Shown: positions 1 to 9,986 of the stretch, piece after piece
Layout of the letters: each line of letters begins with the position of its first letter
Position numbering within the stretch: position 1 is the first letter of the stretch
Made by a program: the position numbers and the translations under genes
Assembly (NCBI GenBank): GCA_038245295.1
Contig: JBBRSP010000002.1
Coordinates: 96,001-160,000 of the forward strand
DNA: 64,000 nt
DNA from: Candidatus Binatia bacterium
Lineage (GTDB): Bacteria > Desulfobacterota > Binatia > HRBIN30
Reading direction: 5' to 3'
Notes under the pieces: generated by a model
What the model was told of the DNA's origin: nothing
Seen by the model: only the letters and a program-made list of their open reading frames with translations
Databases searched by the model: none

Positions 1-2
1 TT

Positions 3-689
3 TCGGTCGGCGCGGCGAATAGCACTCTCCAGGATCTCACCGTCGTCGGCGGTACGACCGGGGTCAGTGTCTCCGGCTCAACCGCGCTGCTGTCCAACGT
101 TCGCGCCTTCCGCAATCTCGGTGCCGGCATCAGTGTGGCGGCGACCGGCGCAGAATTGTTTTGTTCCGAGGCCGAGCAAAACGGCGGGCCCGGAGTGACG
201 ATGACGGCGGCCAATCAATCGAGCATCAGCCAGAGCCGTCTGCTCGACAACAGCGGCGTCGGCGGCTCGCTGCTCAGCCTGCAGTCGGTGATCGTCGACA
301 ACAATTGGATCGGCGACAATGGGCAAGGTGGCTTGGCCATGACCTCGGTCAATTCGAGCCAGATCACCAACAACCGCATTGCCAACAATTTTACCCCAGC
401 GGTTGTCACGGGCGACGATGTTGGACAAGGAATCGGCCTCATCTCCGGCTCCGACGATCAGATCACCGGCAACGTCTCGGTGTTCAACGACGGCGATGCC
501 ATGCATTTCGATCAAACGAGCAACCTGCTGGTCTCCGGCAACAACGGCGACACCAACCAGGGCTACTGCATCTATGCTCGCCGCGGCACAAACGATGACT
601 ACGCGGCCGCCGCGGGCATCCAGACGCCGCGAGGCGACAACATCTGCACCAACAACAAAAAGGGCGACGTCTTCATTCGCACGAAATGA
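3..689 (+). CDS. Right-handed parallel beta-helix repeat protein (5' end outside the window)
   Basis: Frame of ORF 135..689 is open back to position 3; Asn/Gly-rich repeats (IxNNxIxxN, GNxG) typical of pectin-lyase-fold/NosD-like beta helices. Confidence 0.7.
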   Translation, partial: SVGAANSTLQDLTVVGGTTGVSVSGSTALLSNVRAFRNLGAGISVAATGAELFCSEAEQNGGPGVTMTAANQSSISQSRLLDNSGVGGSLLSLQSVIVDNNWIGDNGQGGLAMTSVNSSQITNNRIANNFTPAVVTGDDVGQGIGLISGSDDQITGNVSVFNDGDAMHFDQTSNLLVSGNNGDTNQGYCIYARRGTNDDYAAAAGIQTPRGDNICTNNKKGDVFIRTK

Positions 690-793
690 GACCCAAGCAT
701 CGATGCAGGCTCGGTCTCATGGTGTGAGCGAAACACCCGAGCACCCGACACGATAACACCTGATCGCGCGTTTGAAGGCGTACAAACACCTCG

Positions 794-917
794 GTCATTC
801 CGGCGAAAGCCGGAATCTCGCCAGCTTTCGAGGCTTCCAGCACCGGGAGATCCCGGCTTTCGCCGGGATGACGGGGTGGCATCCGAGTCTATCGACAGTC
901 TCCTTCGCCGGGATGAC
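794..917. repeat. GTCATYCCGGCGAAAGCCGGRATC palindromic repeat element, copy 1
   Basis: GTCATTCCGGCGAAAGCCGGAATC...GAGATCCCGGCTTTCGCCGGGATGAC plus an extra half unit; homologous to 9786-9954 and (reversed) 29832-29955. Confidence 0.85.
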
Positions 918-1021
918 GTGACTCGTGCGGCAGAGATCGAAATGACCCATTACCCGGCAATGAATCTTAATCGGCTTTGCCGCGCACCTGTGGTACTCGA
1001 CCGGCTCCAAGGAGAGTCCAC

Positions 1022-2829
1022 ATGCGAACCGTCCGCCGCGTCATTCGTTCCAGTCGCGCCATCGGCTTCCTGACATTGCTCGGTCTGCTCCTGCCGTTGC
1101 ACCAGGCCGCGGCGCTTACCAGCGCCTTCACCTACCAAGGCAATCTCGAGCTCAGCGGCCAACCGGCGAGCGGCAACTGTGATTTCGAATTCACACTGTG
1201 GGATGCGGCCGGAGCGGGAGCGCCACCGGCCGGCGGTAATCAACTTGGTGCGCCACAATCTCCTGGGAATGTCGCGGTCAGCAACGGTGTCTTCTCCACG
1301 GTCCTCAACTTCGGCGCCAATGCCTTCGACGGCAGTGATCGCTGGCTGCAGGTCGCCGCCCGTTGCCCGGCTGGTGCCGATGCTTTTACGACGTTGAGCC
1401 CACGCCAGCAACTTACGCCATCCCCCTATGCACGCTTCGCCGACAACGCCGGTGGTCTGCAGTGCAGCGGTTGTGTCTCGTCCACCGACTTGGCCGACGG
1501 CTCGATCGTCGCCGGCAAGATCGGTGCGAACGCGATCGGCCTGAGTGAGATCGATCCGGCGATCGTCCAGCGCCGCGTCACCGGCCAATGCGCCGTCGGC
1601 GCCGTCAGTCAGATCAATCAGGATGGCAGCGTCGTTTGCGCCGTGCCATCCGGCGATATCAGCGCCGTCAATGCGGGAGCCGGCCTCACCGGCGGCGGCA
1701 GCAGCGGCGACGTAACCTTGAATGCCAACTTCGCCGGCTCCGGCGCCGCCTTGACTGTGTCGCACAGCGATCATGATCATTACGGACAATCGTGGACCGG
1801 CGGCGGCAGCTTCGGCCTCACGGTGTCCAATGGCCAAGCCGATGCCACCGGCATCTCGGCTCATGCCGACAGCGGCACCGGCGCCATCGGCCTCTACGGC
1901 GCGGCGCAGTCGGGAAGTGGTCTATACGGATTCTCCGCCAGCAAACTTGGCGTCTATGGGCAGTCGACGAGCGGTGTCGGTGTGCGTGGTTCGTCGACGA
2001 GCAACTTCGGTGTTCTCGGCGAAACATTCAGCAACAGCCAGGCTGGCGTCCGCGGCAACGGCAACGGACTGTCGGCAATCGGTGTCCAGGGGGCCGGCAA
2101 CGGCACCGGTAGCGTCGGCGTGCGCGGCGACGGTGACAGCATTGGCACGTCCGGCACCAGCAACACGGGCTTCGGTGTGCGCGGCGAGAGCCAGAGCTCG
2201 GTTGGTGTGTACGGTCAGACAAACGCATCGCGTGTCAACAACGGCGTCGGCGTGTTCGGCAGCGCCCCGCCGAGCGACGGTGTTGGGGTGATTGGCTTCG
2301 CTCCAACCGGCGCCCTCGCGCGCGGTGTCTGGGGAACCTCGACGGACGGAACAGATGTCTACGGTGATTCCTCCACCGGGATTGGAGTCATCGGCGATTC
2401 CAATTCGAGCACGGGTGTAGCGGGCAGCCGGCCAACAAGTATCTGTCGCACTCGTTCGTCGAGAGCCCGGACATGAAGAACATCTACGATGGCAACGCGA
2501 CACTCGATGCCAATGGCGAGGCGCTGGTGCAACTACCGGCTTGGTTTGAGGCACTCAATCAGGACTTCCGTTACCAGCTCACGTGTATCGGCGGCTTCGC
2601 CCCGGTCTTCATCGCCAGCGAGATCGGCAACAATCAATTCCGGATCGGCGGCGGCACACCCGGGATGAAGGTGTCGTGGCAGGTGACCGGCACGCGCCAC
2701 GATGCCTACGCCAACGCACATCGTATTCCGGTGGAAGAGGCCAAGACAGCGGCCGAGGCTGGTCACTACATGCATCCAGGCGAAGCGGGGCAGCCCGATT
2801 CGATGGGCATGAAAACGGCGGAAAAGTAA
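1022..2829 (+). pseudogene. Secreted 'FTYQG' Gly-rich tail-fibre-like protein, frameshifted near 2425-2428 (ORFs 1022..2476 and 2473..2829)
   Basis: ATG 1022 after GGAG; signal peptide; AFTYQGNL N-domain; GVxG repeats; the C-terminal motif [22 protein letters not shown] is encoded in a different frame from 2428. Confidence 0.7.
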
Positions 2830-2851
2830 GCGGCGGCTTCAGGAGTCGTAC

Positions 2852-3601
2852 ATGCGATCCACTCTTTTCCTCACGATAGCGTTGTGGTGTGCCGCCATGC
2901 CGGCAGCGGCGCAAAGCGGCGGCGCCTACAATATTGTCCGCAGCAGCGTCGCCGGCGGCGGCGGCACGTCGAGCGGCGGCGTGTTCGTCCTCGGTGGCAC
3001 CAGCGGTCAGGCCGATGCCGGTACCCTTGGCGCGCGTGGCATCGATCTGCAGGGCGGCTTCTGGGGCGGCGCCGCCGCTGTTGCGATGGCGACACCCACG
3101 ATGTCTGCCACATCCACACGCACGCCAACTGGTACACAAGCGGCCACCGGGACGCCGACCCATACGGCGAATCCTACAGCGACGGCAACGCTGCCCGCCG
3201 TCGCAACGTCAACGCCGACCTCGATGGCCGTGGCATCGGCTACTTTGACCCAGACCACAGCTCCGTCCGTAACACCGACACGCACGGCGACCACCGTAAC
3301 GGCGACCACCACGCGAACGGCCACGCCATCCAATACTGCGGTCGGCTCATCACCTACCGCAACGCAAACCGAAACAGCGTCGCCGACCGCGACATCAACC
3401 CCTGTCGCGCCGCCGGCCTGCGCCGGTGACTGCAACAACGATGGCGAGGTGACCGTCGATGAACTGTTGCGCCTCGTGAACATTGCACTTGGACAACAGC
3501 CCGTGAGCGTCTGTCTCGCCGGCGACACAGGGATGGACGGCGAAATTACCATTGATGAAATACTCACGGCGGTGAATCGGGCGCTCGCGGGATGCGGATG
3601 A
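2852..3601 (+). CDS. Secreted protein: SGG..GGGG..SGQ..GGFW N-domain, Thr/Pro linker, C-terminal dockerin-like domain
   Basis: Signal peptide; long T/P/A linker; duplicated Ca-binding-like loops GDCNNDGEVTVDEL and GDTGMDGEITIDEI. Confidence 0.75.
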   Translation: MRSTLFLTIALWCAAMPAAAQSGGAYNIVRSSVAGGGGTSSGGVFVLGGTSGQADAGTLGARGIDLQGGFWGGAAAVAMATPTMSATSTRTPTGTQAATGTPTHTANPTATATLPAVATSTPTSMAVASATLTQTTAPSVTPTRTATTVTATTTRTATPSNTAVGSSPTATQTETASPTATSTPVAPPACAGDCNNDGEVTVDELLRLVNIALGQQPVSVCLAGDTGMDGEITIDEILTAVNRALAGCG

Positions 3602-3638
3602 CAACGACCCGACACGGCCCAAATGGCCAAATGATCTG

Positions 3639-4160
3639 ATGGCCATCCTTGCGATCAACGGCCACACCCCGCGTATCGATCCATCGGCCTGGGTCCACAG
3701 CAGCGCGCAGATCATCGGCGATGTCGAAATCGGCGCGCAGTCGAGCATCTGGTTCAACACCGTCGTGCGCGGCGATCGTCACGCCATCCGAATCGGCGCC
3801 CGTACCAACATCCAAGACAACTCGACGGTCCACATTACCGCCGATCGCTGTGGCACCTCCATTGGCGATGATGTCACCGCCGGCCACAACGTCATCCTGC
3901 ACGCCTGTTCCATCGCCGATCGTTGTTTGATCGGCATGGGCGCCATCATCATGGACGGCGTAGAGGTCGGCGCCGATTGTCTGATCGCCGCCGGGGCGCT
4001 GCTGACACCCGGCACCAAGATCCTACCGGGGCACCTCGTCGTCGGCAGCCCGGCACGTGTGGCGCGACCGCTACGCCCGGAGGAAGTCGCGGAGCTTCTC
4101 GTCTCGGCATCAAACTACGTCGAGAACGCACGCACCTTTCGCGCCGCCGGGATCGTCTGA
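3639..4160 (+). CDS. Gamma-class carbonic anhydrase family hexapeptide-repeat protein (YrdA/PaaY-like)
   Basis: IIGDVEIG, VVRGD, TNIQDNSTVH, GHNVILH motifs carrying the metal-binding His residues. Confidence 0.9.
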   Translation: MAILAINGHTPRIDPSAWVHSSAQIIGDVEIGAQSSIWFNTVVRGDRHAIRIGARTNIQDNSTVHITADRCGTSIGDDVTAGHNVILHACSIADRCLIGMGAIIMDGVEVGADCLIAAGALLTPGTKILPGHLVVGSPARVARPLRPEEVAELLVSASNYVENARTFRAAGIV

Positions 4161-4215
4161 GTCTATCCGTCGAGCCGCTCCTCTCGACTGGCGACTCTCA
4201 ACTCACCAACTAGCG

Positions 4216-5019
4216 TTAGCAGCCAACACCGAGCAGGAAGTCCAGCACGGTGCGATTGAACTCTACCGGCTGGTCGAGATTGCTCAGGTGTGCCGCATCG
4301 GCCAGACGCACGAACTTGGCGCCCGGGATACGCGCCGCGATGTCTTCCGACAGACTCGGCGTCGTCGTGATGTCTTGCTCGCCGACCAGCACCAGCGTTG
4401 GGACGCGAATTTCGGCGATGCGATCGGCAACGCCGAAGGTCAGCGCGGCGCGTGCCGCCTGGACGTATGACGGTTTGTCATTCGTCGCCACCTGATCAAT
4501 GAAGTGGCTGCGCATCACCGGGTCGACCGCCCTGGCGAACGCCGCGGTGATGCGTATCTTGGCGATGTCCGCCATCGTGTTGTCGTCGATGAACTGGAGA
4601 GCGGCGTCCATGGCCGGGCGCATCTCCGGCGGCACCGCCGCAAAGGTATCAGCCAGCACCAGGGAGGCGATGGCAAGCGGAAAGTCGACCGCCATCTGCT
4701 GCGCCACCATTCCGCCGAGGGAAAGGCCGACGACGTGCGCGCGCTCGACTCCTTGCTCCCGCAGTAAGCGAACGATGTCGCGCGCCATGTCGGCAACCGT
4801 GAACGGCGTTTGGTGCAAACTCGACTGTCCGTGGCCGCGCAGATCCAGAGTGATCACGGAGAAGCGCTGGCTGAAGTCCGGCACCTGGTACAGCCACATC
4901 GCGTGGCTGCCACCCAGCCCATGAATCAACACCACCGGCGCCCGCCCGCTCTTCCATGGCTCGGTGTAATCAATCAGCTCGAAATACAGGGACACATCAC
5001 CAACGGGCTGCAACGGCAT
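4216..5019 (-). CDS. Alpha/beta hydrolase (3-oxoadipate enol-lactonase-like)
   Basis: LIHGLGG oxyanion motif, DLRGHG, GLSLGG nucleophile elbow, C-terminal Asp and His (GEQD, AAH); start at ATG 5019. Confidence 0.85.
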   Translation of the reverse strand: MPLQPVGDVSLYFELIDYTEPWKSGRAPVVLIHGLGGSHAMWLYQVPDFSQRFSVITLDLRGHGQSSLHQTPFTVADMARDIVRLLREQGVERAHVVGLSLGGMVAQQMAVDFPLAIASLVLADTFAAVPPEMRPAMDAALQFIDDNTMADIAKIRITAAFARAVDPVMRSHFIDQVATNDKPSYVQAARAALTFGVADRIAEIRVPTLVLVGEQDITTTPSLSEDIAARIPGAKFVRLADAAHLSNLDQPVEFNRTVLDFLLGVGC

Positions 5020-5087
5020 GGCTCGGGAATCCTCCGCGGCGCGGTGTAGAACAGGCGTTGCAAGGCGGCAAGCAGGACGCCGGGCGG

Positions 5088-6911
5088 TCACTCCTGCGGC
5101 ACGGGCTGCGCCCGGTCGTCGCGTAGGGTGGCAGGTGGGACGAGCGGCAGCCAAACCCGGAAGGTCGAGCCGTGACCAACCGCGCTGTCTAATGTAAGGC
5201 GACCACCGAGCAGGTCGACCATACGGCGCACGATATACAGCCCCAGCCCGGTGCCGCCAAAACGCTGCGGGATCGACGCATCGGCCTGTCGGAACGGTTC
5301 GAAGATCAACTGCCGCGCTTCCGGGGCAATGCCGATGCCGGTATCGGCAACGACGAACTCGATGCCTTGCTGGTGCTGCCGGGCGTGCAACGATACGGTA
5401 CCGTGCTCGGTAAATTTGAGTGCATTTTGGATCAAATTCGCTAGGACGACCTTCAGCTTGATCTGATCGACCCGCAGCAGTGGAAGATTACCTTCGACAC
5501 TCCAGGCAAGCTGCACGCCGGGACGCTTGATGTTCAGTGGTGTCTCTCGCTCCAGGTCGGCGACCAGACGCGCCACGTCAATGTCAACGGCGGGAAGACG
5601 CACGCCGCCGGCCTCCAGCCGGCTTAGGTCCAGCGTCGCATTGATCATCGACAACAATTGCTCCGACTGCTGACGCATGCGCTCGACAACGTTGCGTTGC
5701 GGCTCACGCAACGTCTCGAACGCGCCTTCGAGCAGCAGATCACTGTAACCGATGAGGATGTTCAGCGGGCTGCGCAGTTCGTGCGACATCGTCGCAACAA
5801 ACTCGTCCTTCACGGAGTTGGCACTATCGAGCTCGGCAACCAGGCGCGCATTTTCGAGGGCTAAGGCCGCGGCACGAGCGATGCCGCCGGCAACACGCTC
5901 CGCGAGTGCCGAGAAGGGCTCGACAGGCCCGCGGAAGCCGGCGATGAGCACACCGACCAGCTTGCCGCCGGGCAGTAGAGGCACAAACATCGCTCGTGTC
6001 ACACCCAGGCGCGACTGCAAACCCGCGGTAACAGTATCCCGCGCCTCCCCCGGCGCGAGTTGGACGATTTCACCAGCCTCCAAGCGTGGCACCAGATCCG
6101 CGAACAACGCGCGTGGCAGATTGAGCACTCGCATCTCCGCCTGCTGCTCCACGGAATCACCGAAGCTGGCGGCTAGCGCGAACGTATCGTCACTCGATCG
6201 ATGGAAGATCGTCCGCGCGAAATCGCAGTGGAGCACGGTCGCCGTCACCTCACACAAGCGATGCAGCAACGCCGGTGTATCGAACGACGCAATCATCTCT
6301 CGCGTCACCCGCCCGAGCGCCTCACTCTCCTCGGCACGTTGCTCGGCAGCGCCCCTAAGCCGCAGAAGCTCCTGGCGGTTGCGTTGCAGTTCGTAGCCAA
6401 TCCACGGCGCCGCGGCACCGGCAACCCAAAACGGTAGGGCCGGGATAGTAAGGACGCCGTCCACGCTGCCCTGCGCCAGGTACGCCGCACTGAGCACGGC
6501 GAAGGCGGCCATCGCCGCGACTGTCGCGTGTGCGGCAAAGGAAACCGGCAGCAAAAAGGCCTCGACGTAAACCGTGACGAACAAGTTCACCGCGGCGGTG
6601 TAGACGTCATGGCGCAACGCCGCGTGACCGACCACACCGACGAAGAACAAGCCGGCCGCCACGTGTGACAGCCGTGCCAGGTGTTGCGAGTTTGGCCTGG
6701 CTCGCAGCGCAACCACGACAATGACCAGCGCAGCCACCTGCAGTGCCTTGTAAGGCAACAGGGCCGGCAATAGCTCCGGGTGACTGCGCCAGTCGGCGAT
6801 GGCGAAGAGCGGGATCGACGCTCCCATGAACGCCAGACCCAGGCGCAGACGTCGGGAAAGCAGGTCCCGTTCGCTATCCGGCGGCGGATTGTTGATTTCG
6901 TGATCAGTCAT
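5088..6911 (-). CDS. Membrane sensor histidine kinase with GAF domain
   Basis: N-terminal TM helices, GAF-like region, H-box SHELRSPL, N-box NLIQNALKFT, DTGIGI, GGTGLGL. Confidence 0.9.
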   Translation of the reverse strand: MTDHEINNPPPDSERDLLSRRLRLGLAFMGASIPLFAIADWRSHPELLPALLPYKALQVAALVIVVVALRARPNSQHLARLSHVAAGLFFVGVVGHAALRHDVYTAAVNLFVTVYVEAFLLPVSFAAHATVAAMAAFAVLSAAYLAQGSVDGVLTIPALPFWVAGAAAPWIGYELQRNRQELLRLRGAAEQRAEESEALGRVTREMIASFDTPALLHRLCEVTATVLHCDFARTIFHRSSDDTFALAASFGDSVEQQAEMRVLNLPRALFADLVPRLEAGEIVQLAPGEARDTVTAGLQSRLGVTRAMFVPLLPGGKLVGVLIAGFRGPVEPFSALAERVAGGIARAAALALENARLVAELDSANSVKDEFVATMSHELRSPLNILIGYSDLLLEGAFETLREPQRNVVERMRQQSEQLLSMINATLDLSRLEAGGVRLPAVDIDVARLVADLERETPLNIKRPGVQLAWSVEGNLPLLRVDQIKLKVVLANLIQNALKFTEHGTVSLHARQHQQGIEFVVADTGIGIAPEARQLIFEPFRQADASIPQRFGGTGLGLYIVRRMVDLLGGRLTLDSAVGHGSTFRVWLPLVPPATLRDDRAQPVPQE

Positions 6912-7036
6912 CACAAGTGGGCAAGTACCGTTTCGGTTTAGATCACTGAAGTCAAGTGCACCGCCTTTCCCTGCCCCATCAGAAGGTCGTGTCTCAGGTT
7001 TACCTGTTGGCGGCTGGCGGGTGGTGGATCCCATCG

Positions 7037-7128
7037 CGGAGCGCGCCACTCCGTAACGCCCCTCACTGGAATCCAAACCCGTAGCGGGTAAGGTTCCGTT
7101 TCCGGGCGCCACGGAGTGGCGCGCTCCG
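7037..7128. repeat. Perfect 18-bp inverted repeat (REP-like doublet)
   Basis: CGGAGCGCGCCACTCCGT (7037-7054) and ACGGAGTGGCGCGCTCCG (7111-7128). Confidence 0.75.
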
Positions 7129-7206
7129 ATGAGAGACCATCGGAGGCACTACCCATCAGAACGGCCGCTTGCTTGGCCCGGCGATGCAGCTTAGTGTCAC
7201 TCGGCT

Positions 7207-8964
7207 TTGACCACGCCGCCTTCTCCTAAACGGAAATCAGAACGCGTCCCCTTCACGACGGTCTTGCTGTACGGCGCTCCGAGCTTTGCCGGTGCCGCCA
7301 TGCTGGTGCCGATCCTCATCCACATGCCGAAGTTCTACTCCGACGTGGTGCTGGTACCACTCGGTTACCTGGCGATGGCGATCGCCGTGGCGCGCGCCCT
7401 CGACGCGCTCAGCGATCCGCTGTTCGGCTGGCTTTCGGATCGCTTTTCGACGCGCTGGGGCCGCCGTCGTCCGTTCATTGCCCTGTTCGCGCCAATGTGT
7501 GCGCTGGCGTTCTGGGCCTTGTTCACACCCTCACCGTCCTTGTCGCGCACCGGCGCGGCGTTGTGGTTCGGCTCGATGTTCATCCTCTACTCGGTCTTCC
7601 ACACCGCCTACGGATTGCCCTACTGGTCACTCGGTCCGGAGCTGACACTCGACTACCACGAACGCTCGCGCCTCTTCGGTTTCCGCGAGGGCTTCAGTAT
7701 CCTCGGCACCATCGTCGCCTCGATCGCCCCCGGGATCCTCGTCGGTGCCGGCATGACCGAGCGCGGCGCCTTCGGCTCGATCGGCATCTTCTTCGCCTGC
7801 CTGCTGACCGCCTTCTGTTGGTTGTTGGTGTGGCGCGTGCGTGAGCGTCCCGACTTCACCGCGCGTGAATCAAATCCGTTCGCACCCGGTGTCCGTCGCG
7901 CCCTCCGCAACCGGCCGTTCCGCATCTTGTTACTGACCTACGTGGTCTCCAACATTGCCGGGGCGATTCCGGGAACGCTGATGCCGTACTTCAACAAGTA
8001 CGTCATCCGTCCCGACAATGAGGGTCAATGGTTGGCGATCTTCCTCGGCGCCTACTTCACGGCGGGCTTCCTCTGTCTGCCGTTGTGGGTGATGGCGGCG
8101 CGCCGCTTCGGCAAGCGACCGACCTGGTTGGCCAGCTCGTTCGTCGGCATCAGTGGCGGCGCCGCGATGTTCTTCCTCGGCGCCGGCGACACGATTCTCT
8201 GTCTGGCGATGATTCTGTGGTCCGGTTCGGGCTTCGGCGCCGGGTTGTTCCTCGGACCGGCGATGCAGGCCGACGTCATCGACTACGACGAACTCCACAC
8301 CGGCAAACGTCGCGAGGCGCAGTACTCATCGTTCTGGGCCATGCTGCCGAAGTTCGTGGCGATCCCGAGTGCTGCCATTCCCATCGCCATCCTCGGATCG
8401 CTCGGCTACGTGCCGAATGTCGAACAGCCACCGCAAGTCGTCTTCGCCATCCGCGCCATCTTCGCGCTGACACCGGCGTTCTTCTCGATGCTGTCGTTCT
8501 TCATCGCCTATCGCTTCCCGATCGACGAGCGTGTACACGGCGCCATCCTCGATGGCATCGACAACCATCGCCGTGGGGTCAACGCGATTGATCCGCTCAC
8601 CGGCTTGGAGCTCCCGCCGGTGCGCTCGCGCAGCGTTTCCGAAGAGACGTCGTGGTTCCTCGACCACTTCTCGCCGCGCGAGCTGATGCGTTACCTCGGA
8701 AACCAATCAGGACGCATCGTGCGCGACGTCTGGGTTGCTGCTCTTGCCTGCGTCGCCGTCGCCGGTGCCGCCGCCGTGATCGCCGCCAGCCGCGTCACCA
8801 ACCTCGAAGTCGACCCGGGCGCCCTACCGGTGCTGGCTGTGGTGACGGTCGGCTTCGCGGCCGCCGTCTGCGTGTTTCACCTATCGCGATTGGGTCCAGC
8901 ACGCCGCCTCGCCACCGGCTCGGTACCGGCGGCAGTCGTGCAAGCCCATCTGGACGCGCTCTAG
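7207..8964 (+). CDS. MFS transporter, glycoside-pentoside-hexuronide (MelB/GPH) family, with C-terminal extension
   Basis: DALSDPLFGWLSDR..RWGRRRPF motif, ADVIDYDELHTGKRRE, about 12 TM segments plus two extra C-terminal hydrophobic segments. Confidence 0.85.
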   Translation: MTTPPSPKRKSERVPFTTVLLYGAPSFAGAAMLVPILIHMPKFYSDVVLVPLGYLAMAIAVARALDALSDPLFGWLSDRFSTRWGRRRPFIALFAPMCALAFWALFTPSPSLSRTGAALWFGSMFILYSVFHTAYGLPYWSLGPELTLDYHERSRLFGFREGFSILGTIVASIAPGILVGAGMTERGAFGSIGIFFACLLTAFCWLLVWRVRERPDFTARESNPFAPGVRRALRNRPFRILLLTYVVSNIAGAIPGTLMPYFNKYVIRPDNEGQWLAIFLGAYFTAGFLCLPLWVMAARRFGKRPTWLASSFVGISGGAAMFFLGAGDTILCLAMILWSGSGFGAGLFLGPAMQADVIDYDELHTGKRREAQYSSFWAMLPKFVAIPSAAIPIAILGSLGYVPNVEQPPQVVFAIRAIFALTPAFFSMLSFFIAYRFPIDERVHGAILDGIDNHRRGVNAIDPLTGLELPPVRSRSVSEETSWFLDHFSPRELMRYLGNQSGRIVRDVWVAALACVAVAGAAAVIAASRVTNLEVDPGALPVLAVVTVGFAAAVCVFHLSRLGPARRLATGSVPAAVVQAHLDAL

Positions 8965-9058
8965 CCCCCGCCCGAGCCCGCGCCCCTGCCCCCGCCCGAG
9001 CGGTGGAAAGCCAACCGCGCAGCCGGGCGTGGGCAGGGGCAGGGGCGCGGGCTCGGGT
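8965..9058. repeat. Inverted GC-rich hexamer arrays forming a long hairpin between convergent genes
   Basis: (CCCGAG/CCCGCG/CCCCTG)n followed by the complementary (GGGCAG/GGGCGC/GGGCTC)n; same style at 51642-51705 and 54206-54282. Confidence 0.7.
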
Positions 9059-9684
9059 TAGAACACAAACCGGTTCTGCGCGCGGGCCAGGCGGCGTAGC
9101 GGACCGCGATCCAGCTCCGTCAGCGTCGCGCCGTGCAGGTCGTACAGAACCCGACTGGTTGTAATGCCCGGGGCGTTTAACGGCATGGCGAACACGAGGA
9201 AAAGCTCGAACCACGTCGACAACACTTCTTTCTTCTCGACCGTGGCCAGCGTCTTTCCGGTGCGGTCCTTGAGCACCGTCTGCACGCGGATCTCTTCGTC
9301 GAAGCGCATCGGATAGAGCATCAGGGTCATTCCCCAGGCGACGCTCTCGAGCGGGTTGCTGACGCTGCGATAACGCACCAGGATCTCGGCGGTGAGATCC
9401 GAGGTAGGCACGTCGGCAAACAGGTCGACGTTCGAGAACAGTCCCGACTCACGATAGGCTGCCACGGTGCGGCTATCCCATGCCGCAAGCACGGCACCGT
9501 CCTGCGACTTACCGCCCACGGAAGCATCGTGTTTGATCACCAGACGGATCGACTGCCGCGAGGTCAGCGCCTGTCGCGGCCACAACGGCGGCTCGACGGC
9601 ATGATTACGAAACGTCGCGCAGCCACTGCCACAACCGGCCATCAGCGCGAGCAAGATTGCTCCATACGTCCGTTGCATGGGCAC
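9058..9684 (-). CDS. Hypothetical lipoprotein
   Basis: Hydrophobic leader with MAGC/GSGC lipobox-like Cys; sole plausible ORF between the MFS gene and the repeat. Confidence 0.6.
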   Translation of the reverse strand: MPMQRTYGAILLALMAGCGSGCATFRNHAVEPPLWPRQALTSRQSIRLVIKHDASVGGKSQDGAVLAAWDSRTVAAYRESGLFSNVDLFADVPTSDLTAEILVRYRSVSNPLESVAWGMTLMLYPMRFDEEIRVQTVLKDRTGKTLATVEKKEVLSTWFELFLVFAMPLNAPGITTSRVLYDLHGATLTELDRGPLRRLARAQNRFVF

Positions 9685-9785
9685 CTCCTTGATCCATTCG
9701 GGGTACCATCGGGCGCGCGCTACGACGATCGCTGCAGGCTAGAGATGCGGAGCATGTATGCGATGAAGGTACGGGAAACGCATCC

Positions 9786-9954
9786 GTCATACCGGCGAAC
9801 GCCGGTATCTCCCCAGCTTTCGAGGTTTCCAGGACTGGGAGATCCCGGTTTTCACCGGGATGACGTTGCTCCACTTTGGGTTTACGACAGTCTCTTTCGG
9901 TGGGATGACGTTGCTTCATTTCAGTTTATCGACAGTCTCCTTCGCCGGCATGAC
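9786..9954. repeat. GTCATYCCGG palindromic repeat element, copy 2, with a tandem ~45-bp unit
   Basis: GTCATACCGGCGAACGCCGGTATC...GAGATCCCGGTTTTCACCGGGATGAC followed by two similar GTTGCT..CGACAGTCTC..ATGAC units. Confidence 0.85.
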
Positions 9955-9986
9955 GGCCCGCGATGGACGCAAGCCGAACACGCTCC

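Noticed and set aside
9786..9954. Regularly spaced GATGAC-ending units resembling a mini CRISPR array
   Set aside because: The intervening sequences are similar to each other and recur at other loci; no cas genes; it is a dispersed palindromic repeat
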